From: an uncultured delta proteobacterium
GTDB lineage: Bacteria; Myxococcota_A; Polyangia; Polyangiales; Polyangiaceae
Assembly (NCBI GenBank): GCA_963782055.1
Contig: CAWAIF010000003.1
Location: forward strand, 5,952,001-6,016,000
Reading direction: 5' to 3'
Length of the DNA: 64,000 nucleotides
In this document: piece by piece, positions 40,332 to 52,938 of the stretch
How positions within the stretch are numbered: the first letter of the stretch is position 1
Layout of the letters: the number at the start of each line of letters is the position of its first letter
Made by a program: the position numbers and the translations under genes
The notes under the pieces: generated by a model
Told to the model about the DNA's origin: nothing
Databases searched by the model: none
The model's input: the letters and a program-made list of their open reading frames with translations, nothing else

Positions 40332-41561
40332 TCACTCCACCCGCAGCGCTTCGATGGGATCCAGCTTGGCCGCGCGCCGCGCCGGAAGGTAGCCGAAGAG
40401 CACGCCGATGGCGGCGCTGGTGGTGGCGGCGAAGACGAGCGCGCCGACGCCGGGCGAGACGGGCCAGTCCAGCGCGCGCCCCAGGCCGAAGGTGGCGCCC
40501 ACGCCGAACGCCATGCCCAGCAACCCGCCGAGCAGGCTCAGCACCACCGCCTCCACGAGGAACTGCACCAGGATGTCGCGCTCGCGCGCGCCGATGGACA
40601 GGCGTATGCCGATCTCGCGCGTCCGCTCGGCGACGCTCACCAGCATGATGTTCATCACGCCGATGCCGCCGACGAGCAGGCTGATCGCGGCGACGCCGAG
40701 GAGCAGCGCGGAGAGCGCGCCGGAGATGGCCTCCTCGGCCTGGCGGAACTCCGCCTGGGTGTTGACCTTGAAGTCCGCCTCCTGCCCGGGCTGGATGTGA
40801 TGGCGCTGGCGGAGGATCTCCTCGATCTCCTTCTGCGCGCGCTGGCTGGTGTCCTCCGAGGTGGCGCTGGCGATGAGCATGTCCACCCGGCCCGGCGCCG
40901 TCGGCATGATCCGCGCGCGGAAGCTGCCGATGGGCATGAAGATGCGATCATCCTGATCCTCGCCGAAGGGGGAGCTGCCCCTGGGCGCGAGCACGCCGAG
41001 CACGCGGAAGGGGAACCCCGCCACGCGGATGGTGCGCCCGACCGGGTCCTGCGAGCCGAAGAGGTTCTCCACCACCGTCGGCCCGAGCACGCACACCTTG
41101 GTCTTGAGGAGCTCGTCGGTCTCGGTCCAGAGCTCGCCGCGAGCCATGTCGAACTTGCGGATGGGGAAGTAGTCGAGCGTGACGCCGTAGAGGGTGGTCT
41201 GCGTGTTCTTGTCGCCGTTGATGGCCTGACCCAGGGCGCTGAGGAACGGCGCCACGCCCGCCACGCTCACGGCCTCCCGCGCGATCGCGCGGCCGTCCGC
41301 CTCGGTCAGGCGCACGCCGTTGGTCTGCCGCACGCCCGACTCCTGCGTGGGCTGCGGGAAGACGAAGATGGCGTTGGCGCCGAAGCTGTCGATCTTGCCG
41401 CCGACCTGCTCCGACGCGCTCTTGCCGAGGGCGGTGACGATGATCACCGCCGCCACGCCGATCAGGATGCCGAGCACCGTCAGCGCGGCGCGCGTCTTGT
41501 TGCGGGAGATGGAGACGAGCGCCGACCGGACGGCTCCGAGGAGGACGCCGAGGCCGGTCAC
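40332..41561 (-). CDS. MacB-type ABC permease (paralog)
   Basis: Same FtsX/MacB motifs; GTG start overlaps the upstream stop. Confidence 0.93.
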   Translation of the reverse strand: MTGLGVLLGAVRSALVSISRNKTRAALTVLGILIGVAAVIIVTALGKSASEQVGGKIDSFGANAIFVFPQPTQESGVRQTNGVRLTEADGRAIAREAVSVAGVAPFLSALGQAINGDKNTQTTLYGVTLDYFPIRKFDMARGELWTETDELLKTKVCVLGPTVVENLFGSQDPVGRTIRVAGFPFRVLGVLAPRGSSPFGEDQDDRIFMPIGSFRARIMPTAPGRVDMLIASATSEDTSQRAQKEIEEILRQRHHIQPGQEADFKVNTQAEFRQAEEAISGALSALLLGVAAISLLVGGIGVMNIMLVSVAERTREIGIRLSIGARERDILVQFLVEAVVLSLLGGLLGMAFGVGATFGLGRALDWPVSPGVGALVFAATTSAAIGVLFGYLPARRAAKLDPIEALRVE

Positions 41562-42823
41562 GCGGGCCGCTCCTTGCGGCGCGCCGCGCGCGGCCTGGAG
41601 AAGAGGGACAGGAGCAGGAAGCGGAGCAGGGCGAGCGTCCCGAAGCCGAGGACGGCGGCGGCGAGCAGGATCGCCGGGCGCTGGTCGAGCTGGTGCAGGA
41701 CCGGGGCCGGGAGCTTCGGGATGGCGAACCAGAAGATGACGAAGAAGAGGAGCGCGTGCGCCACGGTGTAGGTGACGGCCACGCGCGAGCGCTGGTCGCG
41801 CGTCAGCGGGCGCCCCAGCTTGCCCCGCGCGAACCGCGCGGCGACCATGGACTCGAAGACCAGCGCGAAGACGCCGGGCGTCCAGCGCACGTGCGCGCCG
41901 ACGACCCACGCGTTGTACATCAGGGCGAGCACCAGCCCGACGACGGCGCCGAGCACCATGCCCGCGTAGACCACCGCCGGGACGGGGCCCCCGCGGCCGA
42001 CCCGCGCGCTGCGCGCCGGGCCCGCCCCCTCGTCCTGCGAGTCGCCGGTGTCGGCGCGGGGTAGCTCGGAGAGGGCCTTCTGCGCGTCCATCGGCGCGGC
42101 CTGCCGCTCGTCGGAGACGATGCGGCCGTCGCGGAACTGGATGACGCGGCTGGCGCACGACGCGATGTCGTGCTCGTGGGTGACCAGCGCGACGGTGATG
42201 CCGCGCTCGCGGTTGAGCCGCTGGAGCAGCGCGAGCACCTCCAGGCTGGTGCGGGTGTCCAGGTTGCCGGTGGGCTCGTCGGCGAGGAGCAGCGGCGGGT
42301 CGGTGACGAGCGCCCGCGCGATCGCCACGCGCTGCTGCTGCCCTCCGGAGAGCTGGTTGGGCTTGTGGTCCATGCGGTCGCCCAGACCGACGGCGCGCAG
42401 GGCCTCCTCCGCGCGGCGGCGCCGCTCGCGCACGCCGACGCCGCGGTACTGCAGCGGCAGCTCCACGTTCTCCAGCGCCGTCGTGCGCGGGAGCAGGTTG
42501 AAGCCCTGGAAGATGAAGCCGATGAGGCGGTTGCGGACGATGGCGCGCGCGTCGTTGCCGCGGGCGCCCACCTCCAGCTCGGCGAGGCGGTAGCTGCCGT
42601 GGGTGGGGCGGTCGAGGCACCCCAGGATGTTCATCAGCGTCGACTTGCCCGAGCCGCTGGTGCCCACGATGGCCACGAACTCGCCGCGCAGGATGTCGAT
42701 CTGTACGTCGCGCAGGGCGTGAACGACGCCGCCGCCCGTCGCGTAGTCCTTGCCGACGTCGCGCAGGGTGATGAGCGACTCGGGCGGCTCGGCAGCCCCG
42801 GGGGCGGACGCGGCGTCGGGCAT
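41558..42823 (-). CDS. MacB/LolD-type ABC ATP-binding protein with C-terminal membrane extension
   Basis: GTSGSGKST, LSGGQQQRVAIARAL, LLADEPTGNLD; about 4 TM segments at the C-terminus. Confidence 0.93.
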   Translation of the reverse strand: MPDAASAPGAAEPPESLITLRDVGKDYATGGGVVHALRDVQIDILRGEFVAIVGTSGSGKSTLMNILGCLDRPTHGSYRLAELEVGARGNDARAIVRNRLIGFIFQGFNLLPRTTALENVELPLQYRGVGVRERRRRAEEALRAVGLGDRMDHKPNQLSGGQQQRVAIARALVTDPPLLLADEPTGNLDTRTSLEVLALLQRLNRERGITVALVTHEHDIASCASRVIQFRDGRIVSDERQAAPMDAQKALSELPRADTGDSQDEGAGPARSARVGRGGPVPAVVYAGMVLGAVVGLVLALMYNAWVVGAHVRWTPGVFALVFESMVAARFARGKLGRPLTRDQRSRVAVTYTVAHALLFFVIFWFAIPKLPAPVLHQLDQRPAILLAAAVLGFGTLALLRFLLLSLFSRPRAARRKERPA

Positions 42824-42831
42824 GGCGTCGC

Positions 42832-44088
42832 TCAGAAGGGGCCCTTCTTCTTCTTGGTGTCGATCTCGTCGGTCACCACCTTGGTGCCGACGGAGAGCTC
42901 GTCGCCGGTGAGCTGGGTGTAGATGCCGTCGGTCACGCCGACGTGCACCACCCGCTCCTCCTCCTTCTCCTCGCCCAGCTTGTCGTTGACCAGGACGTGC
43001 ACCCGGGCCTCCCCCTTGGGGAGCGCGGGCTCCGGCGGCATCGGCTTCGGCTTGCCGTCGGGGCCGAGCGGCGGCGTGGGCTTGTAGCGCAGCGCCGCGT
43101 TGGGGATGCGCAGGGTGCCCTTGGCCACCTTGGTGTCGATCGTCACGGTGGCCGTCATGCCGGGGCGCAGCTTCTCCTCCGGGTTCTCCACCTGGACGAC
43201 CGCCGAGTAGGTGACGACGCCCTGCACGTTGTTCGGGCTGTAGCGGACCTGCTCCACCACGCCGTGGAACTTCTCGCCGGGGAAGGCGTCGACGACGGCC
43301 TCGGCGTTCATCCCCGCCTTGAGCAGGCCGACGTCCGCCTCGTCCACGTCCGCCAGGACGCGCATCTTGCGGAGGTCCTGCGCGATGACGAAGAGCACCG
43401 GCGCCTGGAAGCTGGCGACGACCGTGGCGCCGGGGTCGATGTTGCGCGTGACCACCACGCCGTCCACCGGGGAGTAGATCTTGGTGAAGCCGACGTTGGT
43501 CTGCGTCTGGGCGAGCTGGGCGCGCGTGGCGCGGATGGCGGCCTGCGCGGCGGTGACGTTGGCCGTGGCGACCTCGTACTGGCCGCGCGAGGTGTCGACG
43601 TCCGCCTTGCTGGCCAGGTTCTGCGCCTGGAGCTTCTGCATGCGCTCGTAGGTGATGCGCGCCGAGTCGGCGGCGGCCTTGGCGCTCTCCATCTGCGCGC
43701 GCTGCGACTGCAGGTTCGCCTCCGCCTGGCTCACCTGCGCGCCGTAGATCGTCGGGTCGATCTCGGCGAGCACGTCGCCCTTCTTCACGACCGAGTTGAA
43801 GTCGACGTACACGTCGGTGATGCGCCCGTTGGCCTGGGCGCCCACGTTGACCTGAAGGAGCGGCTGCACCGCGCCGGTGGCCTGCACCTTCTGGATGACG
43901 TCGCCCTTCTGGACCGTCTGCGCCACGTACTTGGCGGCCGGCGGGGGCCGGTGGGTGACGCGCCACGCCAGCCCGCCGCCCACCAGCACCAGCACCACCC
44001 CGAGGGTGGCGAGACGCCGGAGCCATACGCGGCTCCCCTCCTCGGCAGCGAGGGCTCTACGTAACTCGTCGACGGCGGCGTTGGACAT
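42832..44088 (-). CDS. MacA-type periplasmic adaptor (membrane fusion protein)
   Basis: N-terminal TM; VDFNSVVKKGDVLAEID; IYSPVDGVV; LRPGMTA; IPNAAL. Confidence 0.95.
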   Translation of the reverse strand: MSNAAVDELRRALAAEEGSRVWLRRLATLGVVLVLVGGGLAWRVTHRPPPAAKYVAQTVQKGDVIQKVQATGAVQPLLQVNVGAQANGRITDVYVDFNSVVKKGDVLAEIDPTIYGAQVSQAEANLQSQRAQMESAKAAADSARITYERMQKLQAQNLASKADVDTSRGQYEVATANVTAAQAAIRATRAQLAQTQTNVGFTKIYSPVDGVVVTRNIDPGATVVASFQAPVLFVIAQDLRKMRVLADVDEADVGLLKAGMNAEAVVDAFPGEKFHGVVEQVRYSPNNVQGVVTYSAVVQVENPEEKLRPGMTATVTIDTKVAKGTLRIPNAALRYKPTPPLGPDGKPKPMPPEPALPKGEARVHVLVNDKLGEEKEEERVVHVGVTDGIYTQLTGDELSVGTKVVTDEIDTKKKKGPF

Positions 44089-44611
44089 GGGCAGGCTCGG
44101 AAGGGGGGGTCCCGGGGCGCCTACTGTAAGCACCGCGGGAGGACGCGCATCGTAAACCGCATGAAGAAACGTGTACGACGTTCTGGATGCCGCCTTTCGA
44201 CGGCGCTGGCGGCCCAAGCGCGGGACCTCATCAAGGCATGCGAGGAAGCCCGACGCGTAGCGGAGGGCCCGCGTGGGGAGGGGCCCCGCCCAATTTACTT
44301 GGGCGGGGAGGGGCGGCGCGTGCCGCCCCTCCCAGGCATGCCCTGGACCGAACGTCCGGCGAGACGTAAACCTCCGGAAGTGCGACGTTCTTCCCGTGGG
44401 CCCCAAGGGCCGGACGCGAGTTTTTGTCTAATCCGACGTGATTCAAGTATCGTCGGAAAAGACCACCATTTTCGGCAGCCAGATGGGCACCGGCGTGGGG
44501 TCGTGCTGGCTCTGGCCGCTTGCGACGGGCCCCGCCGCGGGGCCGAAGCCCGGGGTCTTCGGCCGGAGCCGTCTCGGGCGGTACGGAGTGAACACAGGTG
44601 CCAGGGCCAGT

Positions 44612-45199
44612 ATGGCGAGACTCTCCGATCGCGACCTCGTTGACCGCGCACGCCAGGGTGACGTCGAAGCCTTCGGCCAGCTCGTGCGCCGTCACCAACC
44701 CCGCATTGTACGCCTCGCCATCCACATGCTCCGCGACAGGTCGGAGGCCGAGGACGTCTCGCAGGAGACCTTCATCCGCGCCTACCAGGCCCTCGCCCGG
44801 TTCGACGGCCGGAGCGAGCCGTACACCTGGCTCTATCGCATCGCCGTCAACCTCTCCCTGAACACCATCCGCGCCCGCAAGACCTCCCGCCACGCGGGCG
44901 ACGCCAGCGACCCGCGCCTCGAGGCGCTGATGGTGGAGACCCGCCCGGAGGCCGACCCGCGCAGCGCCGCCGCCGACCGGCAGCAGTACGCGGTGGTCTG
45001 CGAGGGCATCGACACCCTGAGCGAGACGCTCCGCACGACGCTCATCCTGGTGTGCATCGACGGCGTCTCGCACGAGGACGCGTCCCACATCCTGGGCGCG
45101 CCGGAGGGGACGATCGCCTGGCGCGTGCATGAGGCACGGCGCAAACTGAGGGCGTTTCTGTCCCAGCGCGGCTTCGCGCTGGAGGGAGACGAGTCGTGA
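44612..45199 (+). CDS. ECF RNA polymerase sigma factor
   Basis: SDRDLVDRARQGDVEAFGQLV, AEDVSQETFIRAY, TWLYRIAVN, GTIAWRVHEARRKL. Confidence 0.93.
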   Translation: MARLSDRDLVDRARQGDVEAFGQLVRRHQPRIVRLAIHMLRDRSEAEDVSQETFIRAYQALARFDGRSEPYTWLYRIAVNLSLNTIRARKTSRHAGDASDPRLEALMVETRPEADPRSAAADRQQYAVVCEGIDTLSETLRTTLILVCIDGVSHEDASHILGAPEGTIAWRVHEARRKLRAFLSQRGFALEGDES

Positions 45200-46635
45200 C
45201 CGACAAGAAGCTCGACAGCCTGCTCGCCTCCTGGCCCCTGCCCGAGCGCACCCCCCTCGACGTCGACGAGGCGGCCGGACGCGTGGTGGACGCCCTGCGC
45301 GCCGGAGAGAAGCCGCTACGCAGCGCAGCAATCGATGACGCAACGCTCCTTTCGCCGCCGCTTCCGCAGCGTCCGGAAGAGGGGCAAACTTCGCCCCGTG
45401 AGCCATCCGCCGCCCCCGGTCGTCTGACTTTGGGTGGCACCGCCGTGGAGAACAAGATGTCCAAGGAACGAGGTCGGGACCGTACCAGCCGCTCCAGCTT
45501 CCAGGAGCTCGCGAAGCTCGCCAGCATGCCGCCCTCGGCCCCCACCCCCACGCCTCCGCCGACCTCCGCCTCGTCGTCGGGCCCGACAGGCGTCGTGCGC
45601 GGAGAAGAGGCGTCCAGCGACGACTCCGGCATCGTCGATCTGAAGGCCATCGCCACGGCAGACCCCGCCGCCGCGCAGCGCGCGCAGGCGACCCCGCTCG
45701 CCGCGGAGGGACTGTTCGACGAGGACGCGCCCCCGCCGGCCTCCGCCACGCTGCCTGCGCAGTCGGCACCGCCCACCGCGGCTGCCGTCGCGTCCGCCGC
45801 ACCGCCGCCCGTGACCGCCGCCCCGCAGGCCGCGGCCAGGGCCGCCGCGCCTGGCGAGAAGAAGAAGGGCGGAGGGATCGTCATCGCCATCGGCGCCATC
45901 GTCGCGCTCTCTGCGGTGGCGGCGGGCGGCTTCTTCGTCGTCAAGTCACGCTTGCACGCCAAGGAGACGCCGGTGGCCGCCACGACGGTCGCCGCGCCGG
46001 ACACCGCGCAGACGGCCGCGGCCACCGCCACGGCCCCCGCGGCGAGCGTCGCCGACACCGAGCCCTCCGCCTCCGACGACTCCACCAATCTGGACAACCT
46101 GCCGGAGGACAGCCCGCAGAAGGCGCGCCTGCGCAAGATCACCGCCACCAGCGGCAAGCCGATCGCCAAGTCGACCACCGGCACCGACGCCAAGAAGCCG
46201 CCGCCCGCCGGCTCGGTCGATCCCAAGCTCATCGCCAACATCCCGACAGGCGGCGGCGGCAACGGCAACTCCGGAGACTTCAACGACGCGCTGAAGCACG
46301 CGGCCGGCGGCGGCATGGGCGTCGGCAAGGACGCCACGCAGACGGCGGCGGCGGTGCCGACGGGCAACGTGCCGCAGAAGCCCTCGCAGGGCATGGTCGT
46401 CGGGGCGATCGGTCAGGTGCTGCCCAAGGCGCGTAGCTGCGTCAACGAGGGCGAGCCCATCTCCCACGCGACGGTCGTCTTCGGGTCGATGGGCACGGTC
46501 AAGAGCGTCTCGGTCAGCGGCTTCGCGGCGGGCAGGCCGGCGGAGGCGTGCATCAAGGCCGCCCTGGGCAAGGCCAAGGTCCAGCCCTTCGCCGAGCCGA
46601 GCTACAGCTTCCCCGTCACCATCCGCTCCAACTGA
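45196..46635 (+). CDS. Single-pass membrane protein, putative anti-sigma partner
   Basis: Coupled to the ECF gene; Pro/Ala linkers, one TM, C-terminal domain with two Cys resembling myxobacterial TonB-C/AgmX-like domains. Confidence 0.7.
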   Translation: MTDKKLDSLLASWPLPERTPLDVDEAAGRVVDALRAGEKPLRSAAIDDATLLSPPLPQRPEEGQTSPREPSAAPGRLTLGGTAVENKMSKERGRDRTSRSSFQELAKLASMPPSAPTPTPPPTSASSSGPTGVVRGEEASSDDSGIVDLKAIATADPAAAQRAQATPLAAEGLFDEDAPPPASATLPAQSAPPTAAAVASAAPPPVTAAPQAAARAAAPGEKKKGGGIVIAIGAIVALSAVAAGGFFVVKSRLHAKETPVAATTVAAPDTAQTAAATATAPAASVADTEPSASDDSTNLDNLPEDSPQKARLRKITATSGKPIAKSTTGTDAKKPPPAGSVDPKLIANIPTGGGGNGNSGDFNDALKHAAGGGMGVGKDATQTAAAVPTGNVPQKPSQGMVVGAIGQVLPKARSCVNEGEPISHATVVFGSMGTVKSVSVSGFAAGRPAEACIKAALGKAKVQPFAEPSYSFPVTIRSN

Positions 46636-46636
46636 G

Positions 46637-46682
46637 CCTCACCCCCCAGCCCCCTCTCCACTTCGTGGAGAGGGGGGTGAGG
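46637..46682. repeat. REP-like palindromic element between convergent genes
   Basis: CCTCACCCCCCAGCCCCCTCTCCAC-TTC-GTGGAGAGGGGG; same family as 10114. Confidence 0.75.
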
Positions 46683-48821
<2,139 letters not shown>

Positions 48822-48904
48822 ACCCGCGCAATGTCCGCCGAGACGGGAGGGAGCGCAAGGGCAAGCGTCCCCGCCGCCTTCGGGCCGTCGGGTATGCTCG
48901 CGGC

Positions 48905-49837
48905 ATGACGAAGGATCGCAGGTCGAAGGCGCCCTCCATGAGGCCGCCGCCCAGCGGCGGCGCGCGCCATCAGGGCGCGAAGGTCGCGTTCGTGGGACTG
49001 GGCACGATGGGGCGCCCCATGGCCGAGCGGGTGCTCGACGCGGGCTACGCGACCACCGTGTTCAATCGCTCGCCCGGGAAGGGGCGCGCGCTCGCCCAGC
49101 GCGGCGCGAGCGTGGCGAAGACGCCGCGCGAGTGCGTGGCGGGGGCGCAGGTGATCGTGAGCATGGTGTCCGACGCGGCCGCGCTCGAGGCGCTGGCGGA
49201 CGGGCCGGACGGCGCGCTCGCGGGCCTCGCGCCGAAGACGCTGTGGGTGGACATGTCCACCATAGGCCGGCGGGCGGCGCGGGCGTTCGCCGCGCGGGTG
49301 CGCGAGGCGGGCGGCCGCTTCGTGGACGCGCCGGTGAGCGGGACCGTGGGGCCGGCACGGCGCGGCGAGCTCGTCGCCTTCGCCGGCGGCTCGGTGAAGG
49401 ACGTGGCCCGCGCGGAGAAGGTGCTCTCCGCGTTCTGCAGGCGCGTGGTCCACGTCGGGGAGGTGGGGCAGGGGCAGGCGCTCAAGGTCGTGCTCAACGG
49501 CCTGGGCGCCCACCACCTGGTCGCCTTCGCCAGCATGCTCGCGCTGGGGGAGCGCGCCGGCCTGGCGCGGGAGCTCGTCGTCGAGGCCTTCACCACCGGC
49601 GCCTTCGCCTCCCCGAGCTACGTCGGCAAGAAGGCGAAGGTGCTCGCCCGCGACTGGTCGCCGGAGTTCACCCTCGCGCTGACGCAGAAGGACGCCGCGC
49701 TCAACCTGGAGCTGCAGAGGGAGACGGGGCTCAGGCTGCCGGTGATGGAGGAGCTCGCGCGCGCCATCGAGGCGGGGATCGAGATCGGCCTCGGCGACCT
49801 GGACCTCTTCGCCCTGGAGAAGGTCTACGAGCGGTAG
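48905..49837 (+). CDS. NAD(P)-dependent oxidoreductase, 3-hydroxyisobutyrate dehydrogenase family
   Basis: [36 protein letters not shown]. Confidence 0.93.
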   Translation: MTKDRRSKAPSMRPPPSGGARHQGAKVAFVGLGTMGRPMAERVLDAGYATTVFNRSPGKGRALAQRGASVAKTPRECVAGAQVIVSMVSDAAALEALADGPDGALAGLAPKTLWVDMSTIGRRAARAFAARVREAGGRFVDAPVSGTVGPARRGELVAFAGGSVKDVARAEKVLSAFCRRVVHVGEVGQGQALKVVLNGLGAHHLVAFASMLALGERAGLARELVVEAFTTGAFASPSYVGKKAKVLARDWSPEFTLALTQKDAALNLELQRETGLRLPVMEELARAIEAGIEIGLGDLDLFALEKVYER

Positions 49838-49894
49838 GAGCTCACCACCCGGACGGCGTTGACGTTGCCCGCGTGGACACGCCGCCGCGCGCGT

Positions 49895-51154
49895 TCACGC
49901 GCGGCGCTCCAGCTCCTCGAGCTGCTCGGCGATCGCGTCCTCGTCGCCGTCGAGGGCCACGCGGAGACCCTTCCGTAGCGCGTCGGAAGCGGACGTCTCG
50001 ATGACGCGCGCGACGCGTGCCTTTCCCTCGGCGTCGAGCAGTGGTCCGAGCGCGACGGCCGCGGCGACGCGCTCGACGGAGCGGGTCGCAGGACCCTCTA
50101 GTGCTCGCCAGAGGATTGCCGAGTCCACCGATGACGCGCGGTAGTTGCCATACCGTGGATCGGCCAACACGGCCAGGTATTCGACCCATTGGCCCATAGT
50201 GTACGCGCCCCGACGAAGGCATAACAGTCCCACGCTCCCAACACAAGCAGCCTCCCGATAAGCCTTGAGCTGGGTGTCAATGGCCCGCCAGAGAGCGTCC
50301 AGCGTACCCAATCCAATCGGATCCCGAGAGCTTACGTGCCATGCGACCGCACCCCCAGCGCGCAAGACAACTACCAATTCGGCACCGTTGCAACGGATTG
50401 CTTCCACATTCTGAAACCCTTGGTAGCAAGGACGACCGCACCGCCGCCCGTACCGTAGCCCCTCGGCCCCGACCGAGACCCAGGCATGGCCTCGAGCGAG
50501 GAATGCCACACCGGCAACGGCGAGCGCGAGCAGGCAGTACTTCACCGCGCCCAACGACACAAGCCCGAGATCCGTCAATACCGCTTGCGTCAAGGCGACA
50601 GACACTGCGATGGCAAGCCAACGCATGTTGCGGCGACGCTGTGAGGAGTCGCCATGAATTAGCAGCTTGAATGTGGTGACGGAGTTGCGCGCCCCCAACC
50701 GCAACCGGCGCCGGATCTCGGCCTCGACAGCGTCACTCTGTACCTCGAGCGCGAGTTCAGGACGGAGCCACCGACGAGAGAAGCACAGATACCTGCGGCC
50801 CCAGCGGTGGCGGCAATACGCATGCACAATACTCTTCCGAGATGCCAACAACTTCGAGCCAACCCAGAGCCCCCTTTCATCGACGCCAACGTTGCCTCCC
50901 CGGACCACAGGTGTCCGATCGCAGAATCGTCCGAGAGCCAGGAGAGGCAGCAATGCCGCCAGCAACGCGGCCACTTCGGCACCGAGCGCAGTGACGCCTC
51001 CGGCCACAAACCGCAGCGATGCACGCAGACACAAACCGCTTACCGCACCGGATAGCACCACAGCGAGGACCAATAACCATCTACGATGATACCGCACGAC
51101 CAACCCAGGCATCATGCGCCGCGCGGCCTCCCGTCCCGATGTCCCCTGCACCAT
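49895..51154 (-). CDS. Protein Z1: membrane protein with variable lower-GC N-terminus and conserved helical C-terminus
   Basis: TM pairs followed by beta-rich segments; last ~75 aa highly similar to 54219..55466; start 51154 or 51115. Confidence 0.7.
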   Translation of the reverse strand: MVQGTSGREAARRMMPGLVVRYHRRWLLVLAVVLSGAVSGLCLRASLRFVAGGVTALGAEVAALLAALLPLLALGRFCDRTPVVRGGNVGVDERGLWVGSKLLASRKSIVHAYCRHRWGRRYLCFSRRWLRPELALEVQSDAVEAEIRRRLRLGARNSVTTFKLLIHGDSSQRRRNMRWLAIAVSVALTQAVLTDLGLVSLGAVKYCLLALAVAGVAFLARGHAWVSVGAEGLRYGRRCGRPCYQGFQNVEAIRCNGAELVVVLRAGGAVAWHVSSRDPIGLGTLDALWRAIDTQLKAYREAACVGSVGLLCLRRGAYTMGQWVEYLAVLADPRYGNYRASSVDSAILWRALEGPATRSVERVAAAVALGPLLDAEGKARVARVIETSASDALRKGLRVALDGDEDAIAEQLEELERRA

Positions 51155-51167
51155 CGCCGTGACTATC

Positions 51168-52370
51168 TCAGGTACGAGGGCCGATGGGTCCGACACCATC
51201 CTCAGGATTCGGAAAGTACGTGCGCGAACGGGGGCCGCCGCCGGCCGTACCCTCGGGGTTCGGGAAGTACAGATCCGCGCGTCGCAATCGTCCACGTGGA
51301 CCACCGACACCGAGGCCATCGGGGGAGTCTGGCGCCGGCATTTCCGTTGCTGCACGAGGGCCACCCACGCCACCGCCGCCGCCGGGGTCGTCCGGCGCAG
51401 GCATCGACCCGCCCCCATCATGGTGCTTGGCCAGCGCCTGTCCCACGAAGTAGCCGATCAATAACCCAACTATTGCCCCAGCCACCATCCCCTCCGGCCC
51501 CTTCCATTTCCAGCCAACGTATCCGCCTGCTACGGCTCCGACGGCCATCGTTCCCTCGACGATGGCAGCGTGCTCTGGGTCAACCCTCTTGGGTGGTGGT
51601 GTATTCGTATCCTTGGATGCAGGACCCTTCTGATCCGTCTTGATACCGACTCCGGAATTTGGTGTCATGGGCTTCGCATGGCTCATGTCGACGCCTTGAT
51701 CATGGCCCCCATGTTGGGCACCTACGGAGTTTGGGTTCGGACCGGGGCCCTGGGATGATGTCCCGCCATCTCCACCTGCGTCGACTCCACCATCCGGGTC
51801 GTCATGCTCCCACCTCCCGGGCGGCATCCCCCTGCGCGGATCCGCCCGGTTCGGGTCGTACCCGTGCCCCAGCGACCCGAGCCACTTCATCACCTCCCGC
51901 CGCTGCTTCTCCATGTGCGCGTGCACGTCCGGCAGGTGGTGCGACGGGTGGCGGTAGCCGCCCGTCGGGTCGAAGCCCGGCAGATCGTGCAGGTGCCCGA
52001 ACATCTCTCCGAGGATAGCAGCCGGATCGCCCTTGCCCAGCGTGCCGCCAGGATTCGACGAGATGGGGATGTTCCCGCCGAAGTAGTGCTTCGAGATGTG
52101 GTCGATCACCTTGCCGATGTCGCTTGGGCCGGGCAGACCCGACCCTGGCGTGTGCGTCCCGAGGTCGCCTCCGCCCAGCCCGAAGGGTCCCCCGAAGTGC
52201 TTCGCGATCTGGCCGATCAGGTCGCCGAGTGAATCGCCCCCGGTGCCGCCGATGACCTGCCCGCTCGGGAGCACGACGCCGGTGCCTTCCTCCGGCGGCC
52301 GCCAGTCGATGCGGCGAGGACCGGTGTACTCCGGCTCCGGCACCTCGTTCACCGCACGGCGTTGCATCAT
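51168..52370 (-). CDS. Protein Y1: constant Gly/Pro/His-rich N-terminus, glycine-zipper TM hairpin, C-terminal repeats
   Basis: ATG overlaps the stop of the X2 remnant; first ~185 aa nearly identical to 55497..56576. Confidence 0.8.
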   Translation of the reverse strand: MMQRRAVNEVPEPEYTGPRRIDWRPPEEGTGVVLPSGQVIGGTGGDSLGDLIGQIAKHFGGPFGLGGGDLGTHTPGSGLPGPSDIGKVIDHISKHYFGGNIPISSNPGGTLGKGDPAAILGEMFGHLHDLPGFDPTGGYRHPSHHLPDVHAHMEKQRREVMKWLGSLGHGYDPNRADPRRGMPPGRWEHDDPDGGVDAGGDGGTSSQGPGPNPNSVGAQHGGHDQGVDMSHAKPMTPNSGVGIKTDQKGPASKDTNTPPPKRVDPEHAAIVEGTMAVGAVAGGYVGWKWKGPEGMVAGAIVGLLIGYFVGQALAKHHDGGGSMPAPDDPGGGGGVGGPRAATEMPAPDSPDGLGVGGPRGRLRRADLYFPNPEGTAGGGPRSRTYFPNPEDGVGPIGPRT

Positions 52371-52483
52371 CCCATCCTCGCCGAGGTGACGCGGTTCGCC
52401 GTCACCAGCACGCGGAAGGTGACGTCCCAGGGCCCGCTCGAGCCCGTCGGATGCAGGCGCCAGCGCACCCACGTCGCGAGGGG
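52367..52483 (-). pseudogene. 3' remnant of gene X2
   Basis: PLATWVRWRLHPTGSSGPWDVTFRVLVTANRVTSARMG; DNA matches 56758..56874. Confidence 0.85.
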
Positions 52484-52560
52484 GCCCGGCGCGTGCGCGA
52501 GCTCAAGCTGCGAGCCGCGGCCGACACGCGACCGCACGACGCCCGCGCCAGAGGGCTCGC

Positions 52561-52938
52561 TCACCTCCCGCGCCGCAGCGCCGCGCGCACCATCCCCACC
52601 GCCCGGTTGACGCTGTCCTCCACCACCGCCGCCTCGAGCCGGAGCACCCGGAAGCCCAGCGACTCGATCGCCGTCTGCCGCCGCGCGTCCGCCTCCGGAT
52701 GCCCCGGCTCCCGGTGCACCCCGCCGTCCACCTCCACGACGAGCCGCTCGCTCAGCGCCACGAAGTCCACGATGTAGCTACCGCCCAGCACGTGCTGCCG
52801 GCGAAACTTCACCCCGCCGCACCGCCGATCTCGAAGCTCCCGCCACAGCATCGCCTCCGATCGCGTCGCGTCCTTTCGCCGCATCCGCCGCGCGTGGTGG
52901 TGAAGGATGCACAGAGAGGGAGCTTCGTGCGGTGCCAT
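52561..52938 (-). CDS. DUF559 (Vsr-like endonuclease fold) protein, copy 1
   Basis: ARRMRR..TRSEAMLWRELR..GVKFRRQH..YIVDF..LVVEVDGGVH..DARR..LGFRVLR. Confidence 0.9.
   Translation of the reverse strand: MAPHEAPSLCILHHHARRMRRKDATRSEAMLWRELRDRRCGGVKFRRQHVLGGSYIVDFVALSERLVVEVDGGVHREPGHPEADARRQTAIESLGFRVLRLEAAVVEDSVNRAVGMVRAALRRGR

Noticed and set aside
39102..41561. Sequence similarity between the two ABC permease genes as a recent duplication
   Set aside because: Paired MacB-type permease paralogs are common, and similarity is concentrated in conserved motifs.
51168..51404. RiPP (graspetide-like) precursor cluster
   Set aside because: No ATP-grasp, radical SAM, YcaO or peptidase-transporter gene nearby; kept only as an alternative for the repeat tail.
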